From NCBI GenBank assembly GCA_051942205.1, contig JAVECO010000015.1:124001-188000 (forward strand): a stretch of DNA of 64,000 bases. The letters run 5' to 3'. Positions within the stretch are counted from its first letter, which is position 1. Every line of letters starts with the position of its first letter. Of the stretch, positions 49,246 to 60,091 are shown piece by piece. A program made the position numbers and the translations under genes. Below the pieces are notes generated by a model that made no database searches, was not told the DNA's origin, and saw only the letters and a list, made by a program, of their open reading frames with translations. This DNA is from Coniocarpon cinnabarinum (Eukaryota).

Positions 49246-52009
49246 ATGATGTTACATCACTGTCTAGTGGTTGCTTTTTCGATTCACTACGCTATAGCTG
49301 CGCCTCAGTGGGAGTCAACATGGCCCAACAAGCCGATGCAGACAGCGGCTCCAAGACCCGCACAGACATACGCCTGGCCCAATGCATACAGCTATGGCGC
49401 CTCCAACGCCACAAGCACCATGTCGTCCACGCCGACAACGACAACAGCCGTTGGTTCTGACGAGCCATGTGCCAGCGTGGCGTCTCTCGTTGCTGGTGCT
49501 GCCTCAGCATCCCCTACCGTGCCGGCAGAAGTAGCGTACGCATGTCAGAAGAGCGTGCCGTTCGATCAGGCTGCTGCGGTGCCATGGCTCGAATCGTTGA
49601 GACCCTATATCTTGTGGCAGAGTACTACGAGCTATCTCGTAGACCCGCCAGAAGGCTATCTGGAACCTGCCTCGGACATCAATGGTAATTTGAATGCTAT
49701 TATTAGCAAGGCACAGGCTGGAGGTAAGATTGTCTCGTTATAATACCATTATTTCTTGGAACCTCGACGCGAAAGAGCTCCATCCCCCAGCAGATATTCG
49801 TGTGATTTGGAACGCGTATGAGTATATCATATGTTCGCTTGATCGCCTTATATCATACAGTGCACAATATTGGAATTCAATAGCAATACTCAAGTGTGCA
49901 TCATGCATGACATTTCCCTGGGATGTTGGAACCACGATCAATGACTGGGAGCAATGGCCAGGTCACAGTGACGATCAGTTATTTTCATATACTCATTGAC
50001 CTTGCTTTGTTTGCGTGTGAGGGGTTGCAGGTGGTTCAGAACTGACACAATCAGGCTACGACAACGAATACGATCTCGAGTTTGACCTTTACGAAGTCTT
50101 CCAGACAACCCACGATGGCCACTTCAGATACACGCCCAACCTCGTCGGCAGCATCTTCCGCTACGGACGAACAATCCCCCTCGTCTCGGTCTCATCAGAC
50201 GGCCAGGCCCTGCCCCAAGTCTACGTCTACGCAGACGTGCTGGCGCAGTCCATGAACTCCACCCAAGCGTCCGCGGTCATGCAGATCGACGGCCAAGACG
50301 CTGCCACGTATCTGCAGAATCTCAGTCAATTTGGCTCCCTCCAAGATCCAGACGCGCTGTATAACAACCTGTTCTATGAATTAGCGCAAATCAGCTTAGG
50401 CAGCACGGGTACAGGTACCGGTGTCTTTGGCGGTGGCGGCCGTGGTGCTTATGTGTATCCGAATGCCACTACGACGTTGACGTTCGCGAATGGAACCACG
50501 TCTGAATATCAGAACTTCGCGCGTGTCATTGTTGACTTTACTGGCATACAAAGTGGGACAGATCTGTACAACACTTACATCAACCCTCCACAAACCAGCG
50601 GTACTTCAGCGTCTACTGCAAGCGCCTCGGCGACCCCGACGTCCATTGCTGCGCCAGGATACCCGTCTCCCGTCATCCGCAACTCGCAGAACCTGGTTGG
50701 TGGCTACTACCTCAACTCACCTGGCTATCAGGACGCAGCAATCCTCTCCATCCCTTCATTCGTAGGCGACGGTTCGCAAGAAGAGTCTTTCCAGGATGTG
50801 GTGACGCAATTCCTAAAACAATCCAAGACCGACGGCAAGCAGAAGCTCATCATTGACGTGAGCGCAAACGCAGGCGGCACTATTCTCCAAGGGTACGATG
50901 TGTTTAAGCAGCTGTTCCCTGATCAACTGCCGTACGGCGCTACGCGGTTCCGCGCATTCGAGTCAACAGATCTCATTGGATCCGAGGTATCAGATGTAGC
51001 CGGCCCAGTATATCCTTGGGATATAAATGATCCCGCGAACGTCGTGCTCGATGACTTTCTCGGGACGCCATTCGACTATCGCGCTGATCTAAACGTTGAC
51101 TATGAGCCTTTCACATCCTGGCCCGACAAGTTCGGTAAGCGTCACCCACTTAAATTGCAATTTTCTTATCCACTCTGAGAAGAGTTCTCAAGCTAACCCG
51201 ACGTATCAGGCCCCCACGAATTCAACGGCGACAACTTTACCTCCATCATCCGCTGGAACCTCTCCGACTGCACCTCCATCTACACCTCCGGCATCATTGT
51301 GACAGGGTACTGCAACCGCACTGATCTCGTCCCCAGCCGACCGTATGCACCCGAAGACATCATCATAGTCTACGACGGCTACTGCGCCAGCACGTGCACC
51401 ATCTTCTCGGAATTTATGCGCCAACAAGGCAACGTCAAGACGATTGCTTTGGGCGGGCGTCCGCAAGCTGGTCCGATTCAGGCTGTTGGTGGGGTGAAGG
51501 GAACGAATGATTATCCCTGGGATTTCATCTATCAGGCTGTTAATGACACGTTTACTCTAGCACCGAATGATACGTATCGTGACTTTTTGGCGGGGACGGA
51601 GTTAGGAGAGTACTCGGAGTATCCGCTACGGAGGGCTGTTAACAATTACGCCGTCAATTTCCGGGATGGCATAAGACAGGGTGACGAAAGTCAGACACCG
51701 TTGCAGTTTGTATACGAGCCTGCTGATTGTCGCATCTATTACACGAGTGAGATGACGGTGGATGTGACGGCTATTTGGAAGACGGTATATGATAGTGTCT
51801 GGGGTGGAAAGAGCGCGTGCGTGGTGGGCGATGTGAGTGTAGGGAATGCGACGGCGACGGGAACGAAGAAGACGAGGAAGAGAAATGAATTCAAGTTGGG
51901 GAAGAGGATGGATATGTCGACTATGCAGGCTTTGAAGGAGAGTATTGCGAGTGTGTGGACGGATGTGAGGGGGATGAGGTTGGGTGATTCGTGGATGGCG
52001 CCGAACTGA
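49246..52009 (+). CDS. Secreted peptidase S41 family protein (3 exons; intron 1 = 49724-50054)
   Basis: Signal peptide, HDGHF, LQDPDALYN, LIIDVSANAGG, DGYCASTCTIFSE, GGRP...QAVGGVKG, PLQFVYEPADCRI. Confidence 0.9.
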
Positions 52010-52672
52010 AGAGACGACGCGCGAAATGGGCATTGTTCGGGACAAGCACATGATATTTATTGCGAGTGATCCTGTTGTCACGCTGTGGCATGTGAAGAAA
52101 GCGGTGGGCGCTTTCGCAAATTTCTGCGAGATACAATGATATTCCAGACCGCTATCCAAAATATGTCCATCGGAAGAGCCGCCCCGCGTATGATGTGAAG
52201 CTAGATCCTCTCTTGAAAATTTTTATTTATGACTTGTAGCCACCTGAAATGATCAGACGTGATCGTGCAAGAGCATGACGACGCTTGGTATTGACTTCAG
52301 ACTCCACCCTAAAAAAATTCGGTCACCAGATTCATGAGCAGGCCAGCAATCCAAAGTCAGCCAGGTGTCCTTATCACTAACTGCATGCTTTTTGAAACTC
52401 CACACCCCGAAGGAACAGTCTGATATTTGCTCGATAGCAGACCCGCAGACAACCATTTCATAGACTGCACTTGATGGGTATGAACAGTCGAGGTCAGGAT
52501 GCGTCCTCTGACGTTCCAGATCTGTCTTGAGAGAATTGGTAAGTCCGCCACAAGCCTACATGGAGCTTAGCTAAGGGAGATGACCCGGTGTTCGGCTCCA
52601 ACATTCAGACGTGGCATATGGGTGGCAGCTGCTGCCGTGGTGGCACCAGGATTGGGAATTTAAGGTAATGGC

Positions 52673-54683
52673 TTAGATATCATCAGGCAATTTACCGCCA
52701 CAGAATTGTTTGAAGTCTTCCTGTAATGGTTTAACAACACCTTGATATACCGCTTGACGAAAATCTTCATTCTCCAGTGACGTGTCGTGCTGGTCGAATT
52801 CGCAGTAAATACATCGTCTGACAGCATCAGCCCAGAAAGCACCGGCTTTACCTTTGACACGGTCAATCATCTTGCTTGCAGTAAGGAAATCGGTAAGTAT
52901 AGTCCGATTGCCATTCGGATCCAAATCTTCGACAGTCTGAAAGCAGCGAATAGGCTTTCGAAAGCAAAGCTCAATCAGAATTACGCCAAGGTCGAAAACA
53001 GCCTTGTTTCTGATCAAAGGACACACAGTTGGCGTTTTGGTGTTAGACGGTCTGCCTAGTCTGCGTTGAGACGCGAAGCTTTGCGACAAGAATGGTTTCC
53101 TGATTAGCGGTTTTCCATCGTCATTAGTTAGGCGCACGAATGAGACATCACTTCCAGACCAGTTTGATTGTAGCCACGGTGTGTTGTATAGCTGCAGCAT
53201 TGTTGAGGCTAAACAGAGAGCTAAGAAGCGGCGATCAAACCAGTTCAATTTAGCATCATCCGAACGATCGGCATTATCATTCTTTGCCAGAATGTCATGC
53301 AAAGAAATGACATGTTTGCTTCCAGGTGTTTGAGGATAGCAGCGTACCGCCAGGAGATCGAATCGCTGGCATTTGCCATTCGATCTCAAGCAGCCTAGCC
53401 ATCCCCTGCCTTCTGCAACTTCTTTCAGTGTGGCACACAGACCAGCAATGGCCTGCAAGTTCCGGCATTCGTAGTAGGGATTGGGAATGGTGTTTGGTCG
53501 AGGCCTTTGAAGAATTTCAGCACTAAGGTTAATTCTAACGCTTTTCTGCAATTTTTGTCTCTTCGCAGCTGGTTCAAGCCTTTCAAAGTCAGTTCTTCTC
53601 CTCAAGGATGGATAGTGAAGATATTCGTACATTGTCGAGGCTGGTCCTGTGATAGAGCCAGGTGCTTTGTGTGCCTGCTGCAGTGACGAAATCGTTCCCG
53701 TAGATGAGCTTGACTTTTGACTTGGGCTAGATGGGACAGTAAGTAGGCAATTTGTAACAGCGGATGTAGCGGTACATTTCTCACTTTCCCAAGCGGTGTG
53801 GTTCCAAGATGTCAGTATCGTGTCTTGGCACAATGTCAGTCTCCTTCAAGTCATGCACCACGTCTTGACTCGGCTCTTGTGACTGAAACATAACTCGAAA
53901 GCGGATCGGCAAGCTTTCAGTGCCTGCATCAGCTCCCATGGGCATCAAGCGGCTCTCTAGTTGAAGGCTAGCATTGTGAGGTTCTTGACATTGACAACCC
54001 CAAGGACCACATTCGAGAGCGCTATGAAGATCTCTCGCATGGTCATGGATTTGCCTAAAATCAAGCGCCTGAAGCTTACGTGCTTTTCGCGATATCAAGA
54101 GTCGATTTGAATCTTGTACGAAACAGCGCATCGTTTTGTTGCATTTTCTCAGCGTTTGTTTGAGAGCCTGATGTTTCTCTTGTGACAAGCTGTATTTGAT
54201 GCGATCCAAAGCTCTCTCCCAACCATTCCTGTCAGGATTGTGCGTCTAAGAATGAGTAAGGTAAGGATAGCCTAGCTTAAATGTGAAATAGCTTACTGCG
54301 CCATCTAAACCCTGCTGCAGCTTGCAATGCAATTCAGCTAATGCGTGCTTGAACTCGTTCAGAGCGGCACAGAAAGATACGTGAGCTGGACCGAGGTATT
54401 CTTCAAGTCTTGCCTGGAAGGAGAGATCTTCCCATAAGGGCGTATCCGGTTCGTTGAGCAGGATATGCAACTGATTTGGTAAAACAACGTTCTCTAGGAG
54501 GCTTTCCAAGGTCAGCATCAATTTGTTGACTTCCCGCTGCAAATTCTGCTGAAGACGACCTAGGTCTTCTCGATATCTGCCCCAGCATCGGAAAGATTCC
54601 AATCCTTTGCGATATTGTTTGACTGATGAGACTATCAGCGGATACAGCGCAAGGACCAGTCCAGCTACTTCGATGCCACTCAT
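52673..54683 (-). CDS. 633-aa protein: HeLo-like N-terminal domain + degenerate kinase-like (DUF7580-type) C-terminus (exons 54683-54297, 54245-53785, 53726-52673)
   Basis: MSGIEVAGLVLALYPLIV N-terminus typical of fungal HeLo-like/STAND N-terminal helical domains; C-terminal LALCLASTMLQLYNTPWL...FDLGVILIELCF...ADAVRRCI...VVKPL; two GT-AG introns give an intact 1902-nt frame. Confidence 0.8.
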
Positions 54684-55033
54684 GATGGTAACAAACAGAT
54701 CAAATTGAACATGTGGATCCTTAATTCAGACTCCACGGTGGCCATGTAGTGAAAGAGAAGCTCGTCTAGCAGCGACGTAACCGTAGGCGCCGGGGGCCGT
54801 TGAGCTGTGTGGCGCAGCGACAGGCAACTTGGAAGAGAGGCATCTAGGCATCAGGCTAATGCACGACAGCCACCACCGTCTATTGGCTGCGCGCATCAGC
54901 CTCATGTCACGCAAACATCCTCCACTTCAGCAGCTCACCACCTAGATTTGCAGACAGGAGCGCTCTTCCCAAGCGTCCTCCCGGCCAGATCTCAAGCCTC
55001 TCTTCCTCCATCTCGCGAGCACAATCTGCGCTT

Positions 55034-58000
55034 ATGTCAACGATAGTAGATACCTATACCCGCATTGTTAGCGGTCCCTGGCCTGGCTGGTGCGATGAGT
55101 CTTTGGCAAGGCTACGCGTCTGGGCTGCAAGCTTGACAAACAAAGGCTCCATCACGGAGGTCGCAAAAAGGCTTAGAGACTATCCGCAGATCGACAAGCA
55201 TATCAATGACCTCTTGACTGATTTCGAGCTTGCTCTATGCAATATTCAAAAAGGTGAAGGTCTGTTGCGACATCGATTCTAGATCACGTGACTCTTACGC
55301 CGCTGCTAATCCTTGCACGTAGATGTGGCCGATGATTCTACAGCACTTGAAGAGCTCTTCGCAGAATTGACAGATATCGCTGATTACATTCCATCGTCAC
55401 GGCTGCCGACTAGAAAGGAAACTTCGTCTTGGCAGACAGAAATCGAAAAATTTCCTCGGGTCATCGACGTCAACCATGTGGCAGACAAATTTCCCAAGGC
55501 GTCCAAAGCCTTAGTTGATCGCCTAGGCGATGCCAACCGGGAACGGCGTGCAAGGCTTTCAATCCTTAAAGCTACAAATTCGATACGAGAAGATGCAGAA
55601 CATTTTTCTACCGCGCGCGCCGCAGCAGCTCGGAGTATTGCTCCAAGTGACTTCCATGATTCTGGCATCGGATCCTCGATACAGAGCCGAAAAGACTTGA
55701 GGAAAACGGGCTTTGATGATGCAGTCACACCGGCACACATTGGAGACATCAATGTGTCTGACAATGCTGACGGCGAAATTTCAGAGGAAGAGTCAGTTGG
55801 TGCAACGTCGTATGCGCCAACGGCTGTTGACGTAGAGGACGGCCCCGGTGTGCTCACGGTACCATCACCCCCTAAGGACTATTATGAGAAAAGTGAATTC
55901 GTGTGTCCGCTGTGTGTGCGGCGCATACACTGCCCTGATTATAGTGCTTGGAAGTAAGTTGAGATCCTTGATCTTGAAAAGGCACTTTGTGAGGCAAAGC
56001 TGACGTTCATGCAGACGGCATGTTTATCGTGATCTAGAACCATACGTCTGCACGCACGAGGGCTGTTCACAACAGACGCGAACGTTCAGACGTTGTCGGG
56101 ACTGGAAAACCCATGAAATTTTTGATCACTATAGCGCATGGAGGTGTCCCCTGAGTGGCGCACATGGCGTCTTCGACGAGCGGAGCAAAATTTGGCACCA
56201 TCTATTGAGTGATCATTCGGAGGAGGTATCGCGTTCACAAATCGACCTAATTCTTCCAGCCTGTCGTCAGGCTGTCGATGAAGTGCCGGTTGGGATCAGG
56301 TGTCCACTCTGTCAGGCAAGGTTTCAAAACACAAACGACGTACTGAGTCATGTTGCCCTCGAGCTCGAGCAAGTCGCGCTCTTTGCGTTGCCCCGTTCCT
56401 TCGACTCGGAGGACCAAGAAGTGGATCTTGAATCATGCGCGAGCGATCTCTCCAGCAATATCTCCGCAGAAGACGACGTGTCTGTTCAAGGTAGATCCGG
56501 TGCATCGAAGTGCGAAGAGGAACCCGAGACAGCTTTCTTGCGACTGGTGTCAGAATTCGTTGGCGTGCTCGAGCAAAGCGGGTCAGTTGTTCTAGAGCCT
56601 GATAAGGGACGCTTAAACACAATACTACAGGAAATGTCAGAGCTCGTAGGAAATGGTGTCTTTGAAGACAACGAGTCTGTAGTCCCACCACATTGGGCAA
56701 GCTACAGATTGGCATACGTGCGAAAACTTCGAAGCTTTGTAGAATCTCGCTTTTTCGAGCAAGGCGGGCCCATTCCTGCGGAACCCCATGAGATCTCTAA
56801 CAAGGAAAATGTCTCTAAGAAGGAAATACTGCAACAAAGTCTGAAATTTCTGGAGGAAATTTTGCTCGATATAAGCGTGTTCGGGCTCTCGGAATTGCGC
56901 AAGACTTCCCTCAGGGAAGTCTCTGAAAGAGCAAGAGAACTCCTCTCTGAATCAGATAATAGAACGACTACGTTCCTACCTGACGAAGAGGGTGTAGTTA
57001 CGATGAATCGGGAGTCCGACGGAGCGGGGGACACACAGAGTCGAATTAAGGCCAGCTCATACCCAATCCTGTCCACTATTATTCAAGAGAATACGCCTGA
57101 TGGGAAAAGCTCTACCTATCATGGCTTATCAACAATCTCACATGAGGAGACCAGAAAGAAGCACAAATGCCCCCACTGCGGTACCGAATTTACTCGCCAT
57201 CACAACCTTCGAAGCCATCTCCTCACCCATACCCAAGAGAATCCCTACGAATGTAACAGATGCGAGCAGAAGTTCCGCCGCCTGCACGATCTAAAGCGTC
57301 ATACAAAGTTACACACTGGTGAAGAGATTCATAATTGTGCGAAGTGTGGCCGGTCCTTTGAAAAGCGCGATGCCCTGCTCCATCACCAATCAGGCCCTGA
57401 CGGGTGTGCAGGTCTAGATGGCAATGGCGATGGGCAAGAAGACCGTCCTAAAAACGCTACACGAGAAGCGGTTACCGAGACGAGTGTCGCAGCAAAGAGC
57501 GGTCAAAACTTTGCGCCCGTCCTCATGCCTGCCGAGGCTATCAACCCTCCACGACGACGAAGCCCTAATAACTACTCAGGCTCGTGGGGTGGTGATCCAC
57601 AGAAAACGGAGAGCAAGAACCGTGTGCTGAGTTTCTGGGACGGAGGACGGCGTCTCGAGAAGGATGAGATGCACTTGCACGCGGATCACGAAGTGCGGCT
57701 GCCATTGCCGTCAGAATCGGGCGATGGCGCTTACATTACTGATTCAGATGCACAGACTCTAAGTCGAGTAGGGGGTCTCCTCAACGCTACAGACGAAAGC
57801 CGTGGGCAGCAGGAAGATGTAGTAACGAATCTGGCAAATGGAAAAGACTTTGAGCTCTCCAACGTCATCCGCGAAGCTGCGTCGCGTCATGATGCACCCT
57901 TTGAGGAGCAATTGTTATCGAAGAGTTCGGAATTGATGTCATCATTGCCAACACTTTCACCACTGTGGCTTGAAGAGACTCTTGATGAGCTGCGCAAGGA

Positions 58001-58755
58001 GTTTCCCGAGGATCATTTGCACGCAAACAAGATTTGCGAGGAGGCGCTAGAGGTGACATGCAGGAATTGTCGCGACGTACACTTTTCAATTGACCAGAGC
58101 AAATCTTGTCTTCAACAGTTGAGGGATCACATAAAAAGTTATAAGCATATAGAAGCACGGGAAAGGCAGCGCGAGGAAGAGAGTGAACGCACTATGGCAC
58201 GCATATTTGGATATCCCGCTTTAGACACGCAGCCGAAACCTCCCATTCAGTCAGGACCACGAAGATTCCGCAAGCGGTAAGTTTCCAACGTTTGGCGTTG
58301 GTATTTACGAAATGATACTGACGTTTTGCAGGGTCAAGACAGGCTGTCTCACATGTCGGAAGCGAAGAATCAAGTGCGATGAGGAAAGACCGTCGTGCAG
58401 CCAATGTGCGCGTAGCAAACGCGAGTGCGATTGGTCTTCGCGTGATTCCATCTTCGTAGACCCAGTGCAAAAGACGCCAGTCCAAGAGGTACCAGTCCAA
58501 GGGACAGTAGTCCAAGGGACAGTAGTTCAAGGGACAGTAGTCCAAGAGACATTTCAAGAGGCACCAGTACAAGAGGCACCAGTACAAGAGGCACCAGTAC
58601 AAGAGGCACCAGTACAAGAGGCACCCGTACAGGAGGCACCCGTACAGGAGGCACCAGTACGAGAGGCACCAGTACAAGAGGCACCAGTACAAGAGACACC
58701 AGTACAAGAGGCACCAGTACAAGAGACACCAGTTCCAGAGGCGCCACTCCAATAG
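55034..58755 (+). CDS. 1178-aa multidomain protein: AcuF-like C2H2 scaffold + tandem C2H2 array + C2H2-like module + Zn2Cys6 + pentapeptide repeat (exons 55034-55253, 55323-55953, 56015-58276, 58332-58755)
   Basis: RLRVWA, DVNHVADKFP...RLGDANRERR, FVCPLC...AWK|RHVYRDLEPYVCTHEGC; HKCPHCGTEFTRHHNLRSHLLTH...; KR|VKTGCLTCRKRRIKCDEERPSCSQCARSKREC; three introns give a 3537-nt frame. Confidence 0.82.
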
Positions 58756-58767
58756 GCACCTGTTCAG
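58465..58767 (+). repeat. 15-bp tandem repeat (consensus GTACAAGAGGCACCA), about 20 units, encoding VQEAP/VQGTV
   Basis: Directly visible tandem units; one unit is 3 nt short and one carries TAG. Confidence 0.95.
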
Positions 58768-59357
58768 ACACCCCATATTGGCCTCAAGTCCGAGTTCTGA
58801 GCTTGACAAAGATACAAGCGTGCAATCTAAACCTTTTCAGGGTTTTAGTGCGGACTAATCAGGAGCTCATGTCCTCTCTATTCGACCGTTGCAGCGTCGC
58901 AGTGAAAGCTCAAAGATCAGAGCAGCATCCACTGTATCCTCTCCACCACGATCGTTTCAGGCGACTTCACACCACAGCTCGATCACGGATCTCACTCATG
59001 CACTATCGCAATCCTACCGCCGCCTGTGACCCTCGAGCACGAGAACAAGACCCATTTTACTAAGTTTGCACGAGCCGCAAATCGTTTACTACATTTCCAG
59101 TGAGACAAACGCATGGCTACTTCGTGATAACGACTACAATCGTGTATCGGACATGATATCAAATCAACACATACCAAAGTTTTCGAAGCAATGATGAGAA
59201 TTGATGTCTACCATCACAGGCATAGCTCACATGTGATGAGCACTTCACGAGTTTTGAGAAGGTTGTTCCAACCCATTCGCTAGAAAGAATGTCAGTGAGT
59301 GCTGCGGAATCTAACTACGGAACGGGCGTTGTACGGACGCGAGTGCCGCGCTTACAG

Positions 59358-59496
59358 CAGTGTGGTCAATGGTTCGGTTATTACTGGTTCGGTTATGGTT
59401 AACCGTTAGGATATCGGTTTGGTTCTTACTCTTATCGGTTTAGTTATAGGGCTACCGAACCGAAACTGAACTATAACCTAACCATTGACCACACTG
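59358..59496. mobile_element. 139-bp non-autonomous hAT-type element (MITE)
   Basis: Perfect 17-bp TIR CAGTGTGGTCAATGGTT (59358-59374) / AACCATTGACCACACTG (59480-59496), extendable to 24 bp with 1 mismatch; 8-bp TSD GCTTACAG/ACTTACAG; internal TCGGTT/AACCGA repeats. Confidence 0.9.
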
Positions 59497-60091
59497 ACTT
59501 ACAGTGTCAGACTTTTCGAAACGCCGTGAATTTCTCAACTGACGCCAATGTATTATTGTTACGTTTATGAAACTGTACAGGCGTGTCTGAAATGTCCTAC
59601 CTAGCTCTGTCAGTCACGCAACACTGACGTCTTTTCCTAGTCAAACACCTCAAATCTAACTACTCGAAATATTTGCATTATCCTGCTGGAATTCTGTTCA
59701 TATTACACGGAGACGCAGAAAACGAGCACTTGGCAGCACAACAATTTAACGTCGAAACAGCTCAATACTAAAAGCGCTGCCTCTTTGATTGAATGCTTGA
59801 CCGAATTGATGGAGTCAAAATTGCTGGGGTAGAGGATTGCAAAAGGGCATTAACGCTAGTGATCAGTTTGTTGATCTGAGACGGAATAGCGTTAAGATAC
59901 AGCTTGTATATACATGAATAAGTTGCACCTAACAATATCCACCACAGTTCCGATCCGCTCAGGTGAGGCACAAGCTGCAGAGACACAGCAGCAGAGCCAG
60001 GAGCCCTGACTTGGAAATTACGCAACTCCCACCAAACTGGGATTGATTCCATTTCACAAAAAAAAACGAGCAGCAGCGAACTACTAGATCG

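Noticed and set aside
53727..53833. Apparent frameshift or pseudogene between ORFs 53781-54209 and 52673-53833
   Set aside because: Resolved by a GT-AG intron (53784-53727) in the correct phase.
58192..58809. 205-aa antisense ORF with (YWCLL)n repeats
   Set aside because: Shadow of the 15-bp coding minisatellite on the opposite strand.
59190..59300. ATGATGA and GTGATGA C/C'-box-like motifs (C/D snoRNA?)
   Set aside because: No downstream CTGA D box and no convincing rRNA-complementary guide.
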